From: Bradyrhizobium manausense
GTDB lineage: Bacteria; Pseudomonadota; Alphaproteobacteria; Rhizobiales; Xanthobacteraceae
Assembly (NCBI RefSeq): GCF_018129685.1
Contig: NZ_JAFCLG010000002.1
Location: 397,377-429,376 of the forward strand
Direction of reading: 5' to 3'
Length of the DNA: 32,000 bases
Shown: positions 16,618 through 24,951 of the stretch, piece by piece
Layout: every line of letters starts with the position of its first letter
Numbering within the stretch: position 1 is the stretch's first letter
Notes under the pieces: model-generated
Databases searched by the model: none
What the model saw: only the letters and a program-made list of their open reading frames with translations
Told to the model about the DNA's origin: nothing
Translations under genes and position numbers: made by a program

Positions 16618-18303
16618 TCAAGCGACATCGACCATGACAGAGTTTCTCAACATCAACATCACAGCTTCGCTTGCCGGCCGTGGCGGGCTGAACAAATATC
16701 CCTGCATTTCGGTGCAACCCTCGGCACAAAGGCGGTCGAACTGTTCCTGTGTTTCGACCCCTTCCGCCGTCGTCGTGATGCCAAGACTCGTTCCAAGGCC
16801 GGCAACCGCGCGGACGATTGCCATGCAATCCGGCCGTTCCGTGAGCTCGCGCACGAACGACTGATCGATCTTGATCTTGTCGAACGGGAAACTGCGCAGA
16901 TAGCTTAGCGAAGAATAGCCGGTGCCGAAGTCGTCCATCGAAATGTGCACGCCGAGTTTGCGCAGTTGATGGAGGGTGGCCAAATTCGCGTCGGTGTCGC
17001 CTAGAAGCACGGTTTCGGTGATCTCCAACTCCAGCCGCTCGGGTGGCAGCCGCGAATAAGCCAGCGCGGTCAGAACCGCCTGGACCAGATTGCGGCTCTT
17101 GAACTGGACTGGCGAAAGATTTACGGCCACTTTAATGGGGAGCGGCCAGGTGATCGCTTCGGCGCAGGCTTTGCGCAAGACCCATTCGCCCAGCGGAATA
17201 ATGAGGCCTGTTTCTTCGGCGAGAGGAATGAACTCGGCTGGCGAAACCATGCCGCGCTCGGGATTATGCCATCGCAGCAAGGCCTCGAAGCCGCTGACGT
17301 CGCCACTTCGCAAATTGACCACCGGCTGATAGTAGAGTTCAAACTCGCCGTTGCTCAAGGCTTTGCGAAGCTCGAGCTCGAGCGTCCGCCGCGCCTGGAT
17401 ACGCCGATCCATTTCCGGCTCAAAAAAGCTAAAACGCCCGCGGCCATCCACCTTGGCACGGTACAAGGCAATGTCTGCATTGCGCAGCATCCCCTCGGTG
17501 GCATCGCCATCGCGTGGTGCAATCGCGATGCCTATGCTGGCCCCGACAATGATCTCTTGCCCCTGGATTTCGTAAGGGGAACCCAGAACATCAATCAGCT
17601 TGCGCGCCAGCCCTTCGGCGTCGCGATCTCCATCTATTATCGGCATGATAACCGCGAACTCGTCGCCGCCGAAGCGCGCGACGACATCGGTGTCGCGCAA
17701 ACAATTGCTGAGCCGTTCCGCCACCATTTTGAGCAGCACGTCCCCGACCGGGTGACCGAGCGTATCGTTGACATTCTTGAAGTGGTCGAGGTCGAGACAT
17801 AGCACGGCGAGATTGCCACCGCGGGCGATGCGCGCGAGTTCTTCGCCCAGGCGTTTATGAAACAGCACGCGATTTGGCAGTTCGGTCAACGCGTCGTGAT
17901 GGGCCATGTGTTCGATGCGGGCTTCATTGCGGCGCCGTTCTGTCACGTCGATATATGTTGTGACGAACCCGCCGCCTTCGACCGGAGCGCCCCGGACCTC
18001 GATGGTAATCCCGTCGGGACGTTGGCGTTCGAATACGTGAGGCTTTCGCGCCTTCGCCAGTTCCATTCGGGCCGAAACCTGTTGTTCGACGTCGCCGGGT
18101 CCGTATTCGCCGCGGCGTGCGTTGAAGCGGAATATTTCTTCGAGAAAGGGCGGATCACCGACAAACATGCTGTCCGGCAGATCGAGAACTCGGCGCGCCG
18201 CCGGATTGGCAAAGATGATGCGCAGGTCGCAATCCATGACCGAGATCCCGCCGGGGAAATTGTCAAGGATGGCTTGCAGCAAATAGTTTTGATCCGAACG
18301 CAC
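16618..18303 (-). CDS. PAS-GGDEF-EAL signalling protein (diguanylate cyclase/phosphodiesterase)
   Basis: N-terminal PAS-like region, then the GGDEF site RFGGDEFAV. EAL motifs: FEALLRW, ..ELEITE.., DDFGTGYSSLSYL and QGYLFSPP. GTG start at 18303. Confidence 0.92.
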   Translation of the reverse strand: MRSDQNYLLQAILDNFPGGISVMDCDLRIIFANPAARRVLDLPDSMFVGDPPFLEEIFRFNARRGEYGPGDVEQQVSARMELAKARKPHVFERQRPDGITIEVRGAPVEGGGFVTTYIDVTERRRNEARIEHMAHHDALTELPNRVLFHKRLGEELARIARGGNLAVLCLDLDHFKNVNDTLGHPVGDVLLKMVAERLSNCLRDTDVVARFGGDEFAVIMPIIDGDRDAEGLARKLIDVLGSPYEIQGQEIIVGASIGIAIAPRDGDATEGMLRNADIALYRAKVDGRGRFSFFEPEMDRRIQARRTLELELRKALSNGEFELYYQPVVNLRSGDVSGFEALLRWHNPERGMVSPAEFIPLAEETGLIIPLGEWVLRKACAEAITWPLPIKVAVNLSPVQFKSRNLVQAVLTALAYSRLPPERLELEITETVLLGDTDANLATLHQLRKLGVHISMDDFGTGYSSLSYLRSFPFDKIKIDQSFVRELTERPDCMAIVRAVAGLGTSLGITTTAEGVETQEQFDRLCAEGCTEMQGYLFSPPRPASEAVMLMLRNSVMVDVA

Positions 18304-18689
18304 GACAGTATCCCCAGACGGTATTTATCCGCGCTCGAATACAAGCCTGATCTCGATGTATCCTTCGTGCATACGAGACCTGCGCGGTTGTTAAAACATA
18401 ACGATGGTAAGCATTTCGTGAATTTCTGCGGTTAATAGGCAGGCGGAAGGCAGCGGCCCGAGGCGGCGGCTTCACTATAAGTCGTCCAGCTTGGCAGGTT
18501 GGTCCAAACCGCAGGCTCAACCCAGCCCCATCCCGCAGCCAGATCCCGCCGTCCCTGCCCGACCCGCGTCCTCCGCAGACAGATTGACCTTGCGTCACGG
18601 CAGTTCAACCCGGCTGGCCCGCACTGGGCCTGATCGTTACCTTCACGTCAAAGGAAAGCCTCTCAATTTCTCCGCGGATAGCACCAAGC

Positions 18690-18965
18690 CGACCGTCTTG
18701 AGCTCATCGACGAATTGGTCGCGCCAAGATGGCCGCCTTAGTCGTGTCGAGCCGGGAACGGAGTTTGTCTCACGCGACCTCGATCTGTGGGCCTGTCAAC
18801 GAAGCGTCACGCTGGACTTCAGCCGGTTAGGCAAGCCGACGCGACAACGCGTTCATCAAAACCTTCAACGGGTCCATCCGCGCGGAGTGTCTGATACATC
18901 ACTCGGCAACTTGACGCCGCACGAGTTCGCACAACAGACTCAAACAGCCCGAGAAATTGCCTAGC
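18690..18965 (+). mobile_element. IS3-family transposase (orfB) 3'-terminal fragment with frameshift and internal deletion (remnant)
   Basis: ..GTEFVSRDLDLWACQRSVTLDFSRLGKPT.. followed, after a 1-nt shift, by DNAFIKTFNGSIRAECL. This matches the IS3 integrase-core C-terminal block (DNGPEF.S..L..WA...GV.L.FSRPGKPTDNAFIE.FNG..R.ECL). Confidence 0.65.
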
Positions 18966-19074
18966 GCTACTTTGGCAGATTTTTTGGTTTGATCGGCGCA
19001 ACTGGATTCCCGAATCAGGTTTTCAATGATCCATGGGTGGTCGGCTTTTGGACGGCCGACCATGTTGGAAAAAG

Positions 19075-19530
19075 TCGAGGTGGGAAGAAGAGCTTGCGCG
19101 CTGGCTTGAGCCGTTCCTGGATTGCCTGGGTCACAGGGCGCGCCGAGCGATCGCAAGAGCGTCCAGCCTATGGCGGCGCGGCTGGCGCCGGGCGACTATG
19201 ACCAGTTGCACCATTTCATCGCTGATGGCGTCTGGGATGCGGCGCCGTTGGAGTCGGACCTGTTGATTCAGGCCGACCGCCTCGTCGGCGGCAAAGATGC
19301 GGTGCCGGTCATCAATGACACAGCGATTCCGATGAAGGGCGATCGTTCGGTTGGTGTCGCTCCGCAACATGTCTCATCTCTCGGCAAGATGGCCAATTGC
19401 CAAACATTGGTGTCGCTGACGCTTGCGCGGGGTGAAGTGCCGGTAATGGTGGCATTACGTCTCTTCGTTCCCGGGAGCTGGACGAGCAATCCGGTGCGTT
19501 TGAAGCGTGCGGGCGTTCCAGTCTAGCACC
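19075..19530 (+). mobile_element. IS701-family transposase 5' fragment (~150 codons, frameshifted, truncated)
   Basis: WEEELARWLEPFLDCLGHRARR.. is followed, after a frame change, by DRKSVQPMAARLAPGDYDQLHHFIADGVWDAAPLESDLLIQADRLVGG..VINDTAIPMKGDRSVGVAPQ..GKMANCQTLVSLTLARGEVPVMVALRLF.P.SWTS. This is the typical N-terminal region of IS701-type DDE transposases. Confidence 0.65.
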
Positions 19531-19743
19531 GCGCGGCACGACCCCCTAGCAGGCCAGTCACCGGCAGCGCAATCGGAAGAAGCACCGTCAGAAGATATGG
19601 ATGGCGGCCTTTGAGCAGTTCCGCCTGCAGGGCAACCTGCCGAGTTTTGTTGCATATTCTTGCGGTAGTCGGAAGAAAGCCCTATCATCCAAAGAAAAAC
19701 GCCTTGGCAACGCACCAAGGCTGACGAGAGAGGGATCAACCAG

Positions 19744-20919
19744 GTGGGTAGGACCGATCACCGGTTCAGCAATGAATCTGGCGTCGCCGTCGTCCAGGCG
19801 AAAGCGTCGTCGGCAGTCGAGGCGGCGGCGGAGATTGCCCGGCAACTGCCCAGGGACGGACTGGCGATTGTTATCGTCTTTTGTTCGCCTTGCTATGATC
19901 CGCACGAGTTTGCCGCTGAAATCGCTGAAATCTATGGACCCATTCCGGTCTATGGCTGCACGACTGCTGGCGAACTTGCGCCCGGAGGCTGGGATGACAA
20001 CAGCGTTGTCGCGCTGGGATTTAGCGCGCAGGACTTTAGCGCAGTCGCGAGGCCATTACTCGATCTCGCCCAATTTCGGGTCGAGGATGGCCGCAGAATT
20101 GGCGCCGAGCTGCGGCAAGAATTTACACGATGTTCGCCAGAAGTAGCGGATCGACAATCCTTTGGACTTTTGCTGATTGATGGCATGTGCAAACGCGAGG
20201 ATGTGGTGATGTCGGCGCTCTACGCGTCGCTCGATAATATTCACGTCGTTGGAGGATCCGCGGGCGACGGTCTGCGTTTTGGACAGACGTGGGTCTTTTG
20301 CGACGGCCAGGCCCATACCGACGCCGCGGTGCTGATCATTCTGACAACGTCACTGCCCTTTCGCCTATTCAAATGCGATAACTTCGAGCCGACATCGACA
20401 AAGATGGTGGTAACCGAAGCTGATATAGAATTGCGCGTTGTCAAGGAGCTGAATGCGGAGCCGGCTGCCCAGGAATATTCGCGTGCAGTTGGAATCGGTG
20501 ACACCCACCTTGATATGTTTTCGTTTGCTTCTCATCCCGTTCTTGTCCGGGCCGGCGGCACGTACTATGCACGCTCGATCCAGCGGGTAAATCCTGACGA
20601 CGGATCTCTCAATTTTTACTGCGCTATCGATGAAGGAATGGTCCTCACCGTAGCGAAAGCCCGTAATCCGATCGGAGCAATGCTCGAGCTGTTTGCTGAA
20701 ACACGGGCAGAGATCGGCGAGGTCTCGCTCTATATCGGCTTTGAATGTCTGTTTCGGCGGCTGGATGCGGAACAGCATCAATTCGCCCGCGACATGTCTG
20801 AACTTTATCGCGAAAATCGGGTGGTCGGGTTTCACACCTACGGCGAACAGTACCGCGCAATGCACCTGAACCAGACATTGACCGGAGTTGCGATCGGCAA
20901 GAGGCCGGTTTCGCCATGA
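19744..20919 (+). CDS. FIST-domain sensor protein (FIST_N/FIST_C, NosP-like architecture)
   Basis: Soluble 391-aa protein with FIST-type blocks: ..IVFCSPCYDPHEF..PVYGCTTAGEL.. and ..IHVVGGSAGDGLRFGQTWVF... Its C-terminal block is ..LYIGFECLFRR......NRVVGFHTYGEQ. GTG start behind GAGAGAGGGA. The stop overlaps the kinase start (ATGA). Confidence 0.85.
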   Translation: MGRTDHRFSNESGVAVVQAKASSAVEAAAEIARQLPRDGLAIVIVFCSPCYDPHEFAAEIAEIYGPIPVYGCTTAGELAPGGWDDNSVVALGFSAQDFSAVARPLLDLAQFRVEDGRRIGAELRQEFTRCSPEVADRQSFGLLLIDGMCKREDVVMSALYASLDNIHVVGGSAGDGLRFGQTWVFCDGQAHTDAAVLIILTTSLPFRLFKCDNFEPTSTKMVVTEADIELRVVKELNAEPAAQEYSRAVGIGDTHLDMFSFASHPVLVRAGGTYYARSIQRVNPDDGSLNFYCAIDEGMVLTVAKARNPIGAMLELFAETRAEIGEVSLYIGFECLFRRLDAEQHQFARDMSELYRENRVVGFHTYGEQYRAMHLNQTLTGVAIGKRPVSP

Positions 20920-22268
20920 TGCCGCAAGATCAAGATTCCGTAGAGGCGCTGCAACGGGAGACCACGAAACTCAGGAAGATCAACGCCGCGCTGATGTCAC
21001 GCGTGGAACGGTCGATGGATCAGCAATCCAATGCGTTTTCATTGTTCGAGACGGCTATCGCGCTGGATCATCAGGTTCGCAGCCGAACCCAACAATTGCA
21101 GGAGGCGTTACGTTCGATTGAGCGCACCAACGGCTATCTCTATCGTGCCAAACAGCAGGCCGAGGCGGCCAGTTCGCTGAAATCTTCCGTGTTGATTTCC
21201 GTAACCCACGATCTCCTACAGCCGTTAAATGCGGCGAGGCTGACGCTCTCGGCGTTCGCAGAGATGGCTGTTTCGGAACAGGGAACCGCGCTCATCGAGC
21301 AAGTTGACCGGTCCTTGCTTACGCTTGAGGATTTGCTAAGAACACTGCTCGATATTTCCAAGCTCGACGTCGGCGTTTTGAAGCCGGAACCGCGTCCGCT
21401 ATTGATTTCGTCCTTGTTCGACCCGCTTAAACAGGAATTCGCGCCGTTTGCCGCGAAGCGAGGCTTGTCATTGACGATTCAGCCGTCGTCCCACGCGGTG
21501 ATTTCAGACCCGATGATGCTTCGCCGGATTTTGCAGAATCTGTTGGCCAACGCCCTCAGGTACACTCAGAAAGGCAGAGTCCTGATGGGTTGCCGGCAGA
21601 AGGGCGACAAACTCCAGATACAAGTTCATGATACCGGACCTGGTATACCCGAAGGCCAGCGGCAAGCGATCTTTCTGGAATTCCAGCGCGGTGAAGCAGG
21701 CGACGGAGATGAAGCCGGTTTCGGGCTTGGTCTATCGATCGTGCGCCGCTTCGCGACGGCTCTCGGCCATGAAATTCATCTTGCTTCGCGCGTAGGTCAC
21801 GGCTCGTCCTTTTCTGTCACCCTGCCTCGTACAGAACTCGAGGCGTACCCGGAGACGGGGCGCGAGCTTCAATATGTCGACTTCCAATACAGCGGACTCG
21901 AAGGTGCAAAAATACTGCTCGTTGAAAACGATTCATCGAGCGCGGAGGCGATGGCCTTCCTGCTTGAAGAATGGGGATGCGACGTCGCCAAGACGATATC
22001 CGCAGCAGATGCGTTGGAGCGAATCGGAGCACTCGGCGGCGCGCCTGATGCGATCATCGCGGATCTTCATCTAGACGGCAATGAAAGCGGTCTGGAGGCC
22101 ATCAGTGCGGTACGCCAGCAGGTCAGGATCGAAATTCCCGCCATGATAGTCACTGCGGACTATTCGGTAGAGGCAGCGAGGGAGGCTTCGATCTACGGCA
22201 TTGAACTCCTTAAGAAGCCTGTCAAACCCGCTGAGATGCGATCTCTGTTATCATTCCTGTTGGCTTGA
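20916..22268 (+). CDS. Cytoplasmic hybrid sensor histidine kinase (coiled coil, HisKA, HATPase_c, receiver)
   Basis: H-box SVTHDLLQPLNAARL, N-box LLANALRYT, G1 HDTGPGIP and G2 GFGLGLSIV. The C-terminal REC domain reads KILLVENDSS...DAIIADLHLDG...KKP. No TM segment is present. Confidence 0.9.
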   Translation: MMPQDQDSVEALQRETTKLRKINAALMSRVERSMDQQSNAFSLFETAIALDHQVRSRTQQLQEALRSIERTNGYLYRAKQQAEAASSLKSSVLISVTHDLLQPLNAARLTLSAFAEMAVSEQGTALIEQVDRSLLTLEDLLRTLLDISKLDVGVLKPEPRPLLISSLFDPLKQEFAPFAAKRGLSLTIQPSSHAVISDPMMLRRILQNLLANALRYTQKGRVLMGCRQKGDKLQIQVHDTGPGIPEGQRQAIFLEFQRGEAGDGDEAGFGLGLSIVRRFATALGHEIHLASRVGHGSSFSVTLPRTELEAYPETGRELQYVDFQYSGLEGAKILLVENDSSSAEAMAFLLEEWGCDVAKTISAADALERIGALGGAPDAIIADLHLDGNESGLEAISAVRQQVRIEIPAMIVTADYSVEAAREASIYGIELLKKPVKPAEMRSLLSFLLA

Positions 22269-22322
22269 GATGGGCTCATTCGAATCGCGTTGTATCGGTC
22301 GATCAAGCGGCCGCAAGGCCTA

Positions 22323-23018
22323 TTACGTCTCGATACGCTCAGATACCTGATGCTTGACCGGAGGAGAACAGATCAGACTCGCAAAATCGATTTTCGAGAT
22401 TTCTATGATGGCATTGGTACGGCTAAATACGTTCAATTTGCGTAAAATATCCGACACATGAACCTTGACCGTAGTTTCGCAAATCTTAAGTTCATAAGCA
22501 ATTTGCTTGTTCTGTAGACCCCTGCGCAACATGTCCAGTACACGCAGTTGCTGCGGCGTCAGATCGTGAAGGCTTTTAAGCAGCTCCCGATTGTCGACCC
22601 TGGGTCGTCGCGTTCTTGCCGCTTCCCGATAGCGCTTGGGAAGATAGATGGTTCCTCGCAATACTTCACCAATGGAGTCCGTGAGTTCGCGCTTCGATGT
22701 CGATTTGGGAATGTAACCGGAGACCCCGAGCGCGAGAACGCTCTGGACAATTTCCAAATCCTCGTAGCCAGAAACGATCACGATGGGACTCTTCGGAAAT
22801 GCTTTCCGAATGCGCATGACACCGGAAAGCCCGATGGTGCCGGGCATCGAAAGATCGAGCAGGACAAGGTCTATTTGATGGGTCGAAGAAAGCACTTCCA
22901 ATGCCTCGTCGATCGACGCTGCTTGGAAGATTTCCGCGTCGGGTATGGCGACGCAAACGGCGCTTTCCAGCGCTTCGCGAAACAAGGGATGGTCTTCGAC
23001 AATCAAAAATCGCGTCAC
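22323..23018 (-). CDS. LuxR/FixJ (NarL)-family response regulator, paralogue 1
   Basis: REC domain (RFLIVEDHPLFREAL..LVLLDLSMPG..IPKS) plus a LuxR HTH (LTPQQLRVLDMLRRGLQNKQIAYELKICETTVKVHVSDILRKLNV). I prefer the GTG at 23018. The 51 upstream codons of the track ORF look non-coding. Confidence 0.88.
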   Translation of the reverse strand: MTRFLIVEDHPLFREALESAVCVAIPDAEIFQAASIDEALEVLSSTHQIDLVLLDLSMPGTIGLSGVMRIRKAFPKSPIVIVSGYEDLEIVQSVLALGVSGYIPKSTSKRELTDSIGEVLRGTIYLPKRYREAARTRRPRVDNRELLKSLHDLTPQQLRVLDMLRRGLQNKQIAYELKICETTVKVHVSDILRKLNVFSRTNAIIEISKIDFASLICSPPVKHQVSERIET

Positions 23019-23286
23019 GTTGCAACGATCCTTGTATCGGTCACAATATATCCGGAACGAAATAATGCAGAACGTCCCTCCATATAGCCAGTTGCGACCT
23101 GTGGCGGAAGTCACTTTTTGGAGCTGGCCGTAAGCTGCGAACCATCGTTTGCCGGGGCCGTCCGAGGCCATTGATCGATGCAGGACGGCATTCGCGACCT
23201 ACTACCATGTAGTCCTTGCGTCATGGTAAGTCTTGTAGATCATAAAGGAAAATCCCCGCAGGCTGGGGAAATACTCTGGTGCCGAT

Positions 23287-24017
23287 TTACGATTTGGAGG
23301 CTGGATAGGAGGGGCTGCCGCACTGCGAGAGCCGCAGCGGAACTTGCCCCCCGAAATCACCCAAGTAGCGCACTCTTGCACCGTTTTTGCCCTGCCGTTG
23401 GCGCGATCCTTCTGGGGGACCTGCGTATGTCTTGGCGCGCAACCCTTGCAAATCAAGATCGGCTAGCTTCACGAAGTGCCGTCGAAGAATAGAATATCTG
23501 TCAACGGCGGAGAGGATCTTGGCCAGCGCGGCGGAGTAAAAGCAGGCGAGTGAGGCGGCGTCGAGAGAGAGTGTTCTGAGACTACCGGGTGACGCCCCTG
23601 CGTATCAGCAGCCTGAACGACGAGCCAACCCTTGTCGAGCAGCCCGCCCGCGATAGACAGCGTGCGGCCCTTGAGGTCCGCGATGTCATGAATCGGCGAA
23701 TCCCTTCCGATCATGATCGCGCCGACAGACGTGGAATAAGGGTAGAATTTTATTTTTGTTCCAAGCGCGCCCCAGAGCCAATCAACGACCGCCAGGTCGA
23801 CCGAACCAGAATTGAGCGCGAGCTTGCCCGCATCCGGCGAGGCGAATTCCTCGCTGGTCAAATCCAGGTTCGCGGCGCCGGCAAGATGATGGCGACGGAT
23901 AACGTCCAGTTGTCAGGCAAACGTACCGGTTTTTTGCAAACCGATTCGCCATTGATCGGCCGCGAACGTTTGAGAAGCGCCAACGATAAGAAAAGCCGCG
24001 ATGAGAACCCGGAGCAT
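23287..24017 (-). pseudogene. Periplasmic substrate-binding protein gene (NMT1/SsuA-like SBP), inactivated
   Basis: My translation from the ATG at 24017 is MLRVLIAAFLIVGASQTFAADQWRIGLQKTGTFA-TGA-QLDVIRRHHLAGAANLDLTSEEFASPDAGKLALNSGSVDLAVVDWLW.. The in-frame TGA is at 23913-23915, where I would expect Trp (not verified against homologs). The C-terminal third continues only in other frames (..LAKILSAVDRYSILRR.., ..ARVRYLGDFGGQ..). Confidence 0.55.
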
Positions 24018-24134
24018 TCTGTCATTCCCGGGGAAAATCCTCCCTCAACTCGAAACGGGCCAGCGATTGCGGCGATAGTTTTGAAGGTCCGTTCGCTTGA
24101 GAAGAACATCCGGTTTGTCTGCCGTCAGGGCTCA

Positions 24135-24818
24135 TCATGTCGGCTTCGCGCGATCAAGCCGAGAGGCTTGCTGTTTCGGATCCGACAAATTGATCTTGCC
24201 AATCTCGATGATGGCCTTGTTGCGGCTGAAGAGCTTCAGCTTGCGCAAAATCTCCGTAACATGTCCCTTGACGGTCGATTCTGCGAGTTTGAGTTCGACG
24301 GCGATGTGCTTGTTCTGAAATCCGCACCGGATCAGATCCAGCACGCGAAGCTGCTGGGGGGTTAGTTCCCGCAGCCGCGCGCGCAGAACCTGCGCGAAAT
24401 CTGCGTCGCATGGCTCGTTTCGAACCACAAAATTTTTCGGAACGGAAATCGAACCACTGAGCACGCGCGCGATGGAAAGGGCCAATTCACTCTTTGACGT
24501 CGATTTCGGTATATATCCGGCAGCACCGAGCGAAAGCGCTTCACGAACGATTTTCTGGTCCTCGTCGCTCGATACGATCGCGACAGGCAATCGAGGATAG
24601 GTTTCGCGCAGGCGCAAAAAGCCCGAAAATCCTGCGGCATCCGGAAGGCAAAGGTCGAGCAGGGCGAGGTCGATTCCTTGTTCAGACGAAAGGATATCGA
24701 GCGCACCCTTGATCGACATCGACTCGAGGATCCGGGCATCCGTATGAGCCAGACGCACTGCGTTGCCCAGGGCTTCGCGAAACAGTGGATGATCGTCGAT
24801 AATCAGAAAGCTCGTCAT
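24135..24818 (-). CDS. LuxR/FixJ (NarL)-family response regulator, paralogue 2
   Basis: MTSFLIIDDHPLFREAL..LALLDLCLPD..IPKSTSKSEL.. plus LTPQQLRVLDLIRCGFQNKHIAVELKLAESTVKGHVTEILRKLKL. By eye it is roughly half identical to the 22323-23018 product. Confidence 0.9.
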   Translation of the reverse strand: MTSFLIIDDHPLFREALGNAVRLAHTDARILESMSIKGALDILSSEQGIDLALLDLCLPDAAGFSGFLRLRETYPRLPVAIVSSDEDQKIVREALSLGAAGYIPKSTSKSELALSIARVLSGSISVPKNFVVRNEPCDADFAQVLRARLRELTPQQLRVLDLIRCGFQNKHIAVELKLAESTVKGHVTEILRKLKLFSRNKAIIEIGKINLSDPKQQASRLDRAKPT

Positions 24819-24951
24819 GTCCTTGCCTCGGCCCTCAGGAGAAACCTGCCAGTCGCCACCATGCTTTGCCCTTGCCTTAGGATGGATACGAATAAGCCTC
24901 TCAACCTAGTGAGCTTCCGATACCTGTTCGCAGCGTCAAATTCAGTTCAGG

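Noticed and set aside
23913-23915. In-frame TGA in the SBP gene, considered as selenocysteine or programmed readthrough
   Set aside because: I would expect Trp at this position from my recollection of the family, so a simple TGG>TGA change is the likeliest cause. I noted no SECIS-like hairpin, and the gene has further frame disruptions downstream. A pseudogene is the simpler explanation.
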